A DNA stretch of 16,225 nt from contig DUFS01000015.1 in assembly GCA_013331805.1 (NCBI GenBank), positions 1-16,225 on the forward strand. The letters run 5' to 3'. The translations under genes and the position numbers were made by a program. This document shows, piece after piece, positions 1 to 7,923 of this stretch (within the stretch, counting starts at the first letter, position 1; each line of letters starts with the position of its first letter). Origin of the DNA: Candidatus Micrarchaeota archaeon. Its GTDB lineage: Archaea > Micrarchaeota > Micrarchaeia > Anstonellales > Anstonellaceae. The notes under the pieces are model-generated. The model was not told the origin of the DNA. It made no database searches and saw nothing but the letters and a program-made list of their open reading frames with translations.

Positions 1-81
1 CGAAAGAAAATCTTGAGCGCTTACGCCTTTCCGGCAAGCCTTATATTCACCAGCAGTGGAATGTCCCCTGGTGAAATGCAA

Positions 82-588
82 ATGAAACGTTCCCTCCTGC
101 TCGCATTCGCCCTCCTTTCGTTTTCGGGCATGGCATCGGCAGTGGAGTGCGGGACCATATACGACTGCGGCTACCGGGAGAACTGCAAGGCCGGCGTGTG
201 CGTGTTCGACGGCCTCTCCTGCAAATACGACACAGAGTGCGACCCGTTCGAATTCTGCAACACAGGCGCCTACCAGTGCCAAGTTTCCCAGGGAAGGTGC
301 CACACCTCCTCGGACTGCCCGGGAGGGGAGGTGTGCGACGCGAACAACTACTGCGCGGACCAGGTCATTCAGCTCAATGGCAACTATTCCTCCCAATTGC
401 TCAACAACACAACACTTCCCAACCTCTCGGGCTTCGGAAGCACAGACCCGAAGCTGAACAAGACCATACAGAAAATCAAAAGCAACGTGGATACCTCTAT
501 TGCGCAGAAAAAGGAGCAAAGCAGGGGCAGCGTGGGGGGATTCTTCGACTTCTTCTTTGAATTCCTTCGCAGACTGTTCGGCGGTTAA
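82..588 (+). CDS. Secreted cysteine-rich repeat protein with C-terminal Phe-rich amphipathic tail
   Basis: ATG at 82 follows SD-like GGTGA (70-74). Signal peptide MKRSLLLAFALLSFSGMASA, three 4-Cys units C-x4-[DE]C-x5-C-x4-6-C, ending GGFFDFFFEFLRRLFGG. Confidence 0.8.
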   Translation: MKRSLLLAFALLSFSGMASAVECGTIYDCGYRENCKAGVCVFDGLSCKYDTECDPFEFCNTGAYQCQVSQGRCHTSSDCPGGEVCDANNYCADQVIQLNGNYSSQLLNNTTLPNLSGFGSTDPKLNKTIQKIKSNVDTSIAQKKEQSRGSVGGFFDFFFEFLRRLFGG

Positions 589-608
589 TGGAAAAATAAA
601 AAGGGGAA

Positions 609-622
609 AGCCCCCGATGGGA
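609..622 (-). repeat. att-like copy of tRNA-Thr 3' end (14/14 identical)
   Basis: AGCCCCCGATGGGA at 609-622 is identical to 6925-6938. On the minus strand it is followed by TTCCCCTTTTTATTTTT, resembling a tRNA terminator flank. Confidence 0.75.
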
Positions 623-686
623 TGGAGCGCCGCAGCGCGACAGATTTTGGGCAACAGCCCAAAACCATCTGGTGGCGAACGAAGAG

Positions 687-706
687 AGCCCCTGATGGGA
701 ATAGAA
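687..706 (-). repeat. Second, degenerate att-like copy of tRNA-Thr 3' end (18/20)
   Basis: AGCCCCTGATGGGAATAGAA versus AGCCCCCGATGGGAATTGAA (6925-6944). Confidence 0.7.
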
Positions 707-959
707 ACTGAAGCTAGGTTTATCTTTTTCTTCGAGGTAAATGCTCATGGAATTTGTCTGCCCAGGGGTCGTGGCGTGACCTTGGGCTCTGATGGGTGAG
801 TTGACCTTACATCAATAAAAGAAAAGTAGAATTTTTCAAAACATATGGTTTTATGGGTTTTGAGCGACAGATGATGAGTGGCTGGATGAATAGCGAGAAA
901 ACAGCAGTATCCCCAACTTCTGCTTGCTCGCGCCCAGCACAGTTTCTAAAAAAAGACTC

Positions 960-1433
960 GTGGTGAATCTGACGAAATACTCATCTGCATTTGCAGTTAT
1001 GGTGCTAGGAATTTTTTTGCTTGCTGGTTGCACAGAGAATCAAAAACAACCTATAAATGAAACTACTGGCAACATGACAGGAATAAACAACTCGGGCTCG
1101 GCAAATGGAGTTCCTATGCGGCCCTTCACTGATTCCGCAGTAATCAAAGCAAAAGTTTTGGAAGTGCAGCCACAGTCTGCACAACTTGAGATTTTACAGA
1201 TATTGTCATATACTCCTGATTTGCGGGACGGCACGGTAAAGCTCGCAAATGGCGATATTCGAAATTTCACATTCCAATGGGGCACACTACCTACTTTGGT
1301 CGATATGCCGCCCCTCGGGCCGAGCAGTACTGATATGCGCCTAAATGGAGTCTCAACGAGTTCCATTCTAAATGCGAACATATCGATTAGTGGAAATTTA
1401 TGGACAGTGTATGCATATGAACCGTTGGACTAG
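960..1433 (+). CDS. Putative lipoprotein, unknown function
   Basis: Hydrophobic stretch ending in lipobox LLAGC, Asn/Gly/Thr linker, then a small beta-rich domain. Stop overlaps the start of the protease gene. Start uncertain (924, 960, 963 or 999). Confidence 0.7.
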   Translation: MVNLTKYSSAFAVMVLGIFLLAGCTENQKQPINETTGNMTGINNSGSANGVPMRPFTDSAVIKAKVLEVQPQSAQLEILQILSYTPDLRDGTVKLANGDIRNFTFQWGTLPTLVDMPPLGPSSTDMRLNGVSTSSILNANISISGNLWTVYAYEPLD

Positions 1434-4400
1434 GCCGATTATATCTATTTTCGCATTGGTTGCTTTATCCAGCTTGATTTCCGGTGTGCCTGCTTGGCCA
1501 GGTCTTCACACATTCCAACAGCCAGATGGCACAACTTTCAGCGGTCACCAGCGAGGTGACGAGTCTGGCGCTTGGTTTGAAACAGAAAACGGCTATATAG
1601 TCAAGCAGAGTACATCTGATGGCTGGTATGATTATGTTCAAAAGTCTGCAAGCGGTTCAAATTCTCCTGCGTCAACTCCTCAAAGCATTGATTTGAGAAT
1701 TGGCTATGCAGACCCAGAATCGATTGGTGCCATGCGCCAAACAGATTTATCTAGCACAGTGTCAGCATCAAAGAGTGCCAATAAAGATGTGCTGGAACTC
1801 ACCGAACTTCCAAACCAATTCCGAAGTGCGCCTCCTTTCTTTGCGCCTCCACCCACTGGCGCGCACAACGTTATTGTAATCCTTGTGCAATTCAACGGTA
1901 CTGTGCACAACTCGAGCCACACCACTGCTTATTTCCAGAATTTGTTGTTCAACGCTTCAAATCCTTACAGCATGAACAGCTACTTCCGCGAGGTCTCGTA
2001 CGGGCAGTTAAACGTCACTGGTACCGTTGTTGGATGGTATAACAGCAGTCATTCACTTTCATTCTACGGAGCCGATAACGGAAGTGACATTGACGCGCTA
2101 AATGGCAATATATTCGAGCTTACCCGTGAAGCTGTGCTGCTTGCCGATCCCGATGTGAACTTTGCAGATTATGATAGTGACGGAGATGGGATAGTGGACC
2201 ATGTCATAATCATTCATGTGGGTTACGGACAAGAATTTTCTGGCGTTAGCACAGACATATGGTCGCACAGCTGGAGCGTGCAGCCTGCCCAAGCCGTTGA
2301 TGGCAAGACAGTGTTCGGTTATACCATGAATCCGGAATACGGCGCAGTTGGTGTTTTTTCACACGAGTTTGGTCATGATTTGGGGCTGCCTGATTTATAT
2401 GATACTGTAGGAACTGGAAAGTCAGTCGACAAGTGGGATTTGATGGGTTCTGGCTCATGGGGCGGCCCGGGCAACGATGGATCAGTTCCAACTCACCTCA
2501 GCGCATGGTCAAAGGCGCGTCTTGGGTGGATTAATGTAACAAACATATTCAACACACCTCGTTCCTACAATATCCAGAACATTGAAAGCAATTCAAATGC
2601 ATATGCGGCAAACAATTCCGTTTTAGTTGGTCAAAACGAATATTTCTTGTTGGAAAACAGGAAACAGGTTGGTTTTGACGCTTATATTCCAAATCAAGGG
2701 ATAGTTATCTGGCACATAGATGACGGCGTTATCAATGCGTACTATGCTGATAACACCATCAACGGCCATTCGATACAAGGAGTCATTCCAGAGTACGTCT
2801 CAACCGTAACCGACGCACCTTACTTGTCACCCTCAAAACAATATTTCAATGCCACAACTACTCCAAATTCTGCGACAAATAACGGTACCGCAACGAGCGT
2901 TTCAATCTACGTTCAAAGCCCGATAGGCACCAGCATGACGGTGCACTTTTTTGGCGGAAATTCCTCAGATTTGGACCCTCCGGTTCTAAGTCCTGTCCAC
3001 ATGGGCTCAAACAACAATAACGCAAGCCTGGCAACTGTTGGAAATGTCATCAACCTCTCTTTCACATCCGACAAGGCGCTCAACCAAACTCCAATAGTTA
3101 CAATCTCCAATCACAGTGTGGCGGTCTCATCAGCAGGTGGCAATTCATATTACGCGCTTTACACCATGACTTCCTCAGATGTTGAACGGGTGATTCCATT
3201 CACAATCGATTTCAGCAGCTTCAATTATGTTGCTGGCACACGGGTGATTGGCACAACAGATGGAAGCTCGGTGATTTTTGACAAGACGCCACCCTCCGTT
3301 ATACTAACACTCCCTCTGAATGCTTCATTCTCAAACAACACAAGCGTTACAACGAATTTCACGGCTTCAGACAACAACAGCGCCATGCTTTCATGCACGC
3401 TCTTTGTGGATGGCTCTAGCAACATTTCATGGAGTGCATATGTAGCTGGCACTGCACAAGCAAACACTCAGGCTTTCTCTGCAGGAACCCACAATGTATA
3501 TGTAAACTGCACTGATCAAACAGGCAACTCCAATACAAGTTCAACCAAAACATTCACAATAGACTTAACGCTGCCATCAATCCTAATCACAAATCCCACC
3601 AACAATTCTTTTGTCACTTCAACCATAACCATAAACCTTACTGTATCCGACACAAACCTCAATTACACAAATATTTCGCTGTATAATTCCGCTGGCTATC
3701 TGGTCGATTCAACAGCAAACACAACTAATGGCACCTATTCACTCATGCTCACTTCTCCAGTGGATGGGATATACAGCATATTTGCAACGGCGGTTGACAA
3801 AGCTCAAAACACAGGCTCATACACTGTCTCAAATCTAACGCGAGACGCAACCTCTCCCTCGCTCACCGTCATCTCTCCCGCTTCCAGTCAGTTGCTCAAC
3901 ACAAGGATTATTACGGTCAATCTGTCGGTGACAGACGCCAACCTTAATTATACCAGCATCTCGGTCTACAACTCGACCAATGCTCTGATAAATTCCACCA
4001 TCAGCTATGCCTCTGGAACATTTGCGGTTGCTCTTGGCTTGCCATCAGATGGAGTGTACAGAATAAATGCAACTTCCTATGACAGAGCAGGCAATTACAA
4101 TTATTCCTCGGTGCAAAATATCACTGCCGACACCACAGCGCCGACCGTGGCCCTCAACGCGCCAGCAGCCTATCTCAACACATCCACTGCGAACGTCACA
4201 TTCAACTGGACCGCATCAGACGTGCCGCTTCCATTCGGCACCCTCACCTGCAACCTCACAATTGACGGCACAGATAACCAGACTGACCTGCAGATGACAA
4301 ATGGAATCTGGTACAACATAACCGCAACCTCCAACTTCACAGATGGCACCCACAACTGGTCAGTAACCTGCTGGGATGGCCCGAACAACACCAACACCTC

Positions 4401-6837
4401 TACAACAAGTTTCTTCACAGTGGACACCGTGCCTCCAGCAGTAACTCCCGTCTTGCCAGCGTCGGCAGCCGACCTATCAACAGCCAACGTCACATTCAAC
4501 TTTACCGCAACCGACGCGCTCACCAACATGTCCTGCAATCTCACGATTGACGGCACATTCAACCGCGCAGTCAGTGCAAACAATGGCACTCCAACCACAA
4601 CAACAGCAACCTCTGCGTTTGCGCAAGGTACCCACAACTGGTCCGTCTCCTGTCGGGATAATGCAGGCAATGTCAACTCCTCAATGGCAGCCAGGGCATT
4701 CATAGTTGATACCACATCTCCATCCATCACCCTCAATTCACCTGCCAACAACACCAACACTACCAGCAACAGCAGCACATTCAACTTTACTGCTGCAGAC
4801 AACCTTGCCAGCACTCTCAATTGCTCTCTTTACATCAACTCCGCGTTCAACCAGTCAAATGCCTCTACAGCCAACAATACAGCTGTCACACTCACAGTCT
4901 CCAACATGGCAAACGGCGTGTACACCTGGTACATATTCTGCAAGGACAATGCGCTCAACAACAACACTTCGGAGATAAGGTCGCGTCTGGTGGACAATAC
5001 AGCCCCTTCCCTAGCCATCAACTCCCCAGCCAACAACACCACCACCAGCACCAACATAACATTCAACTGGACCGCAAGCGATGTTGTGCCCACCAATATC
5101 ACCTGCAACCTGACAATTGACGGCTCAACAAACCGCTCCAACATTTCAGTGACAAACGGAACAGCCTATACCACCACCGCTACAGCAAACTTCACCCAAG
5201 GCAGCCACAACTGGTCTGTTAGCTGCTGGGATGGGGCAAACAACACCAACACTTCTGCGAAGCGCACCTTCACAGTTGACACAGTGGCGCCATCAGTCAC
5301 CACAACCTCGCCAGTTGCCTATCGGATATACAACACCACCAACATCAGCCTGAACTTCACTGTGCCAGACGCCACTACAGCTGTATCATCCTGTTGGTAT
5401 GCCATAAACAGCGGAAGCAACCAGACAGTCGCCAGCTGCGCAAACACAACTCTGAACTCCAGCCTGATGGCCAACGGTACCAAGACATTGGTGCTTTATG
5501 CAAACGATACTGCAAACAACACCAATTCTGCAATGTCAATATTCTTTGTCGACACCAGCGGCACCTACGCTTTGCTCAACAACTCCACCTCCAATGTAAC
5601 TGCCAACGGCACCAACCTGGTAATCACGCCCTTCACGCCGCCATCCAACATCAGCATGTCCTCAAACGCAACCAACGTCACGCTCGACCTTTCCGGCCTT
5701 CTCAATAGTACCACGCACAGTGCAACCCTGCCAAACCAGACGAATGTTTCTGCAAATACAAGCCTTGGCACCATAACCTTGCAGATACCCGCGAATACCA
5801 CAGTTATCGGCACATCTGGCTGGAACGGTTCAATACAGCTGCCAAACGTAAAGGCAAGCGCGTCCACCTCGCCAATAGCAGACTCCAGCTACAGCGTCAG
5901 CTCGGTTGATGCAGTGGTGGACATTGGATTTGGTTCAGTGCAGCTCAACTTCAGCAAGGGGGTACGGCTGTTCATACCAGGCATGGCAGGAAAGACCGCA
6001 GGCTACTCCAGAGGAGGCAAGTTCACCAAGATATCCGACACCTGTGCAGGGGACAACCAGGCAGTGGGAGACGCGCTTTCCGTAGGCGCAGACTGCAGGA
6101 TTGACTCGGGAAGCGACCTTGTGATATGGGTCAAACATTTCACCGAGTTCATAGCCTACACGCAGACTGCCACAAGCAGCGGCGGCACGCCAAGCGGCGG
6201 AGGCGGCGGTGGAGGTGGTGGCGGTGGCGGAAGCAGTTCAGCCTCCCTCAAAGAAGTCTCAGTTTACATGGTAGATGTTGGGCTTGGCAAATTCTGCCCT
6301 GTTAAAATAACTCGCGAAATGAAAAGCTCAACAAACCATTCGGTGCTCACCACCACTCTGGAAAACACAGGCAACGAAAGCTGCAAATTGGAGGACTTTA
6401 CATTTTCGGACACAATCCCGACTATCTTTGCCCCTATAGATAATCTGACTTTTGTTCCGTTATATGACTCGCTCTCCGGCCAATCTGTAAATTTCAGCTT
6501 CCCATCTTTCTCAAGCGGGGAGTCAAGGACATTTACATACTCATCTGAAACGCGGATCCCGCCCTCCCGCGCAAAGAACTTCACAACCTACAGCATGTCC
6601 GCAAAGAAGCAGGCAGCTGCCGCCCCGCCGCAGGAGAACGCGACAGCGCAGCCTGGGAAAGAGCCACTGGTTCCAACAGTGCCGGCAACAAAGCCCCTGG
6701 CGCAGCAGCAGCCAGCGCCTGCCCAGGTGCCAGCGCAGCAGGACTTTTCAGGAATACTGCCGGCGCTTTTCAGAGCTTCAATAATCATAGCCGTGCTGGT
6801 GCTGGCATTCTTCCTGTTCGCCAGGAAAAAGAAGTAA
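1411..6837 (+). CDS. Membrane-anchored M6-family (immune inhibitor A-like) zinc metalloprotease with tandem Ig-like repeats
   Basis: Signal peptide; prodomain PAWP..QPDG..RGDE; motifs YFREVSYG, DSDGDGIVD..IIIHVGYGQE, IWSH, HEFGHDLGLPDLY (2362-2400), WDLMGSGSW, HLSAWSKARLGW, EYFLLENR. Then ~95-aa D-T-x-x-P repeats, poly-Gly linker, and C-terminal TM helix ending RKKK. Start 1411 or 1417. Confidence 0.9.
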   Translation: MHMNRWTRPIISIFALVALSSLISGVPAWPGLHTFQQPDGTTFSGHQRGDESGAWFETENGYIVKQSTSDGWYDYVQKSASGSNSPASTPQSIDLRIGYADPESIGAMRQTDLSSTVSASKSANKDVLELTELPNQFRSAPPFFAPPPTGAHNVIVILVQFNGTVHNSSHTTAYFQNLLFNASNPYSMNSYFREVSYGQLNVTGTVVGWYNSSHSLSFYGADNGSDIDALNGNIFELTREAVLLADPDVNFADYDSDGDGIVDHVIIIHVGYGQEFSGVSTDIWSHSWSVQPAQAVDGKTVFGYTMNPEYGAVGVFSHEFGHDLGLPDLYDTVGTGKSVDKWDLMGSGSWGGPGNDGSVPTHLSAWSKARLGWINVTNIFNTPRSYNIQNIESNSNAYAANNSVLVGQNEYFLLENRKQVGFDAYIPNQGIVIWHIDDGVINAYYADNTINGHSIQGVIPEYVSTVTDAPYLSPSKQYFNATTTPNSATNNGTATSVSIYVQSPIGTSMTVHFFGGNSSDLDPPVLSPVHMGSNNNNASLATVGNVINLSFTSDKALNQTPIVTISNHSVAVSSAGGNSYYALYTMTSSDVERVIPFTIDFSSFNYVAGTRVIGTTDGSSVIFDKTPPSVILTLPLNASFSNNTSVTTNFTASDNNSAMLSCTLFVDGSSNISWSAYVAGTAQANTQAFSAGTHNVYVNCTDQTGNSNTSSTKTFTIDLTLPSILITNPTNNSFVTSTITINLTVSDTNLNYTNISLYNSAGYLVDSTANTTNGTYSLMLTSPVDGIYSIFATAVDKAQNTGSYTVSNLTRDATSPSLTVISPASSQLLNTRIITVNLSVTDANLNYTSISVYNSTNALINSTISYASGTFAVALGLPSDGVYRINATSYDRAGNYNYSSVQNITADTTAPTVALNAPAAYLNTSTANVTFNWTASDVPLPFGTLTCNLTIDGTDNQTDLQMTNGIWYNITATSNFTDGTHNWSVTCWDGPNNTNTSTTSFFTVDTVPPAVTPVLPASAADLSTANVTFNFTATDALTNMSCNLTIDGTFNRAVSANNGTPTTTTATSAFAQGTHNWSVSCRDNAGNVNSSMAARAFIVDTTSPSITLNSPANNTNTTSNSSTFNFTAADNLASTLNCSLYINSAFNQSNASTANNTAVTLTVSNMANGVYTWYIFCKDNALNNNTSEIRSRLVDNTAPSLAINSPANNTTTSTNITFNWTASDVVPTNITCNLTIDGSTNRSNISVTNGTAYTTTATANFTQGSHNWSVSCWDGANNTNTSAKRTFTVDTVAPSVTTTSPVAYRIYNTTNISLNFTVPDATTAVSSCWYAINSGSNQTVASCANTTLNSSLMANGTKTLVLYANDTANNTNSAMSIFFVDTSGTYALLNNSTSNVTANGTNLVITPFTPPSNISMSSNATNVTLDLSGLLNSTTHSATLPNQTNVSANTSLGTITLQIPANTTVIGTSGWNGSIQLPNVKASASTSPIADSSYSVSSVDAVVDIGFGSVQLNFSKGVRLFIPGMAGKTAGYSRGGKFTKISDTCAGDNQAVGDALSVGADCRIDSGSDLVIWVKHFTEFIAYTQTATSSGGTPSGGGGGGGGGGGGSSSASLKEVSVYMVDVGLGKFCPVKITREMKSSTNHSVLTTTLENTGNESCKLEDFTFSDTIPTIFAPIDNLTFVPLYDSLSGQSVNFSFPSFSSGESRTFTYSSETRIPPSRAKNFTTYSMSAKKQAAAAPPQENATAQPGKEPLVPTVPATKPLAQQQPAPAQVPAQQDFSGILPALFRASIIIAVLVLAFFLFARKKK
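3286..5556 (+). repeat. About eight tandem ~95-aa Ig-like domain repeats within the protease gene
   Basis: Recurrent DTTAP..TFN[WF]TA.D..C.L.IDG..G.HNWSV.C.D...N.NTS. 18-bp DNA identity ACATTCAACTGGACCGCA at 4198 and 5059. Boundaries approximate. Confidence 0.8.
6181..6231 (+). repeat. GGN triplet run encoding a poly-Gly linker
   Basis: ggcggaggcggcggtggaggtggtggcggtggcgga, in frame. Confidence 0.85.
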
Positions 6838-6924
6838 CCAGGCCGACCTTCCACCTTAAAAAAAGGGATGGATAGTTCAATTCCCCAAGGAGGCATTTTC
6901 TTTTACATCGTAAAAATGACTGTT

Positions 6925-7103
6925 AGCCCCCGATGGGAATTGAACCCACTACCTGCTGCTTTCTTGGCTTCCCAAAGGAAGCTGTGCAACTTCGTTGCAC
7001 AATTCTGCAACGGTATCCGTTGCAGAAGCAGGGAAACCCACTTTCTGTTCCGCGAAGGGGTTTTCCGTACAAGGCAGCCGCTCTACCGATGAGCTACAGG
7101 GGC
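6925..7103 (-). tRNA. tRNA-Thr(UGU) with a 107-nt intron at position 37/38 (intron 6961-7067)
   Basis: Minus strand: GCCCCTG TA GCTC ATCGGTA GAGC G GCTGC CT TGT A [intron] A GCAGC AGGTA GTGGG TTCAATT CCCAT CGGGGGC T. All stems pair (G-U allowed), U discriminator, CCA not encoded. Intron 3' end CAAG-AA pairs with CTTG of the anticodon loop (BHB central helix). Confidence 0.93.
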
Positions 7104-7127
7104 AGCATTCTTGTCTGTGCATACTAA

Positions 7128-7133
7128 TTTAAA
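7128..7133. promoter_or_regulatory. TATA box (TTTAAA), possibly shared by divergent tRNA-Thr and rpl40e
   Basis: Palindromic TTTAAA 25 bp upstream of tRNA G1; the only clear TATA-like element between the two genes. Confidence 0.55.
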
Positions 7134-7171
7134 CTTTGATCAGACCAAATCCGAACCACGAGGTAATGACT

Positions 7172-7220
7172 ATCAGCATCGCCTGAGGGCGATGTCTGAA
7201 AATTCCTGGAGGCAATTTTC
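7172..7220 (+). promoter_or_regulatory. Double-hairpin leader element, copy 1 (rpl40e 5' UTR)
   Basis: ATCAGCATCGCC-TGAG-GGCGATGTCTGAAAATT-CCTGGAGGC-AATTTTC-ATG, near-identical to 9377-9427. Confidence 0.75.
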
Positions 7221-7373
7221 ATGGGCAAATTCGCAGAGGCTGACGCATACATATCGAACATATTCATCTGCCGCAAGTGCAAGGCGAGGAACAAGCGGAA
7301 TGCCAAGAAGTGCCGGAAGTGCGGCTCGATCTGGATGCGCCCCAAGAGAAAGGACATACGCGTCAAGAAGTAG
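7221..7373 (+). CDS. rpl40e: 50S ribosomal protein L40e (eL40), missing from the ORF track
   Basis: Manual translation MGKFAEADAYISNIFICRKCKARNKRNAKKCRKCGSIWMRPKRKDIRVKK (50 aa) with the ICxxC.ARN..CRKCG..RPK signature; SD GGAGG at 7208-7212. Confidence 0.95.
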   Translation: MGKFAEADAYISNIFICRKCKARNKRNAKKCRKCGSIWMRPKRKDIRVKK

Positions 7374-7391
7374 GCTTAACAGGTGCAACAT

Positions 7392-7844
7392 ATGGCTGAG
7401 GAAGGGGAAGTCGCATTCACGGCGCGCTACAAGGGCTGGATGGTCATCAAGAAGATGTCCGTGGACGAAAAGACCACGCCCCAGGAAGTCTCTGCCATAC
7501 TTGCATCCGTAGAAGCCACCATGTCCCGTAAAAGCTACGAGTTTTCAGGCATAAACCTTTCGCAGATAGACTCGCTTGCCGACCAGCTCATTAAGGGCAA
7601 GAGGAAAAGCTACGTCGCGCTTTCAGAGGCGCTTTCCGCGCTCAAGCCAGGCGAGCTCAAGGGCGAGCTTCTCAAGTCCTGCCCGACTGAAAAGCACCTT
7701 GCGATTGCCGAAAACTACCTGCTCAAGACAATGCTGGACAAGATGGGCTTCAAAACCAACCTCGACGGCGAGACGCTCCAGCAGGCCTACCCAGAAGTGA
7801 AGATTTCAAAGCCCCGCGGGAATTTCGGAAAGAAAAAAAACTGA
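7392..7844 (+). CDS. Conserved archaeal protein, DUF2666-like
   Basis: ATG at 7392 after SD AGGTG. N-terminus FTARYKGWMVIKKM.VDEKT.P.EV...LAS resembles DUF2666 as I recall it (no search run). Basic C-terminus. Confidence 0.65.
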   Translation: MAEEGEVAFTARYKGWMVIKKMSVDEKTTPQEVSAILASVEATMSRKSYEFSGINLSQIDSLADQLIKGKRKSYVALSEALSALKPGELKGELLKSCPTEKHLAIAENYLLKTMLDKMGFKTNLDGETLQQAYPEVKISKPRGNFGKKKN

Positions 7845-7923
7845 ATTAATCTCAACACTCCCCTCGGCAAAACCTTGTGCAACGGCTCGGTCGCGTTGCA
7901 CAATTTTTCAATGGTTCGCCATT

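Larger units (their letters stand above)
609..6938. mobile_element. Putative genomic island at the 3' end of tRNA-Thr(UGU), no integrase inside
   Basis: Flanked by direct repeats of the tRNA 3' end. ~800-4100 is visibly more AT-rich than tuf/rps10 (judged by eye). Cargo is surface proteins. Confidence 0.55.

Noticed and set aside
609..810. Possible CRISPR mini-array
   Set aside because: Only 2-3 degenerate repeats with irregular spacing, the repeat equals the tRNA 3' end, and no cas genes are present.
7172..7220. K-turn or box C/D interpretation of the leader motif
   Set aside because: CTGA is present but pairs Watson-Crick with TCAG; no box C (RUGAUGA) or tandem GA pairs are shared by both copies.
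6868..7512. ORFs 6868-7092, 6933-7127 and 7111-7512
   Set aside because: They overlap the tRNA and the true rpl40e frame.
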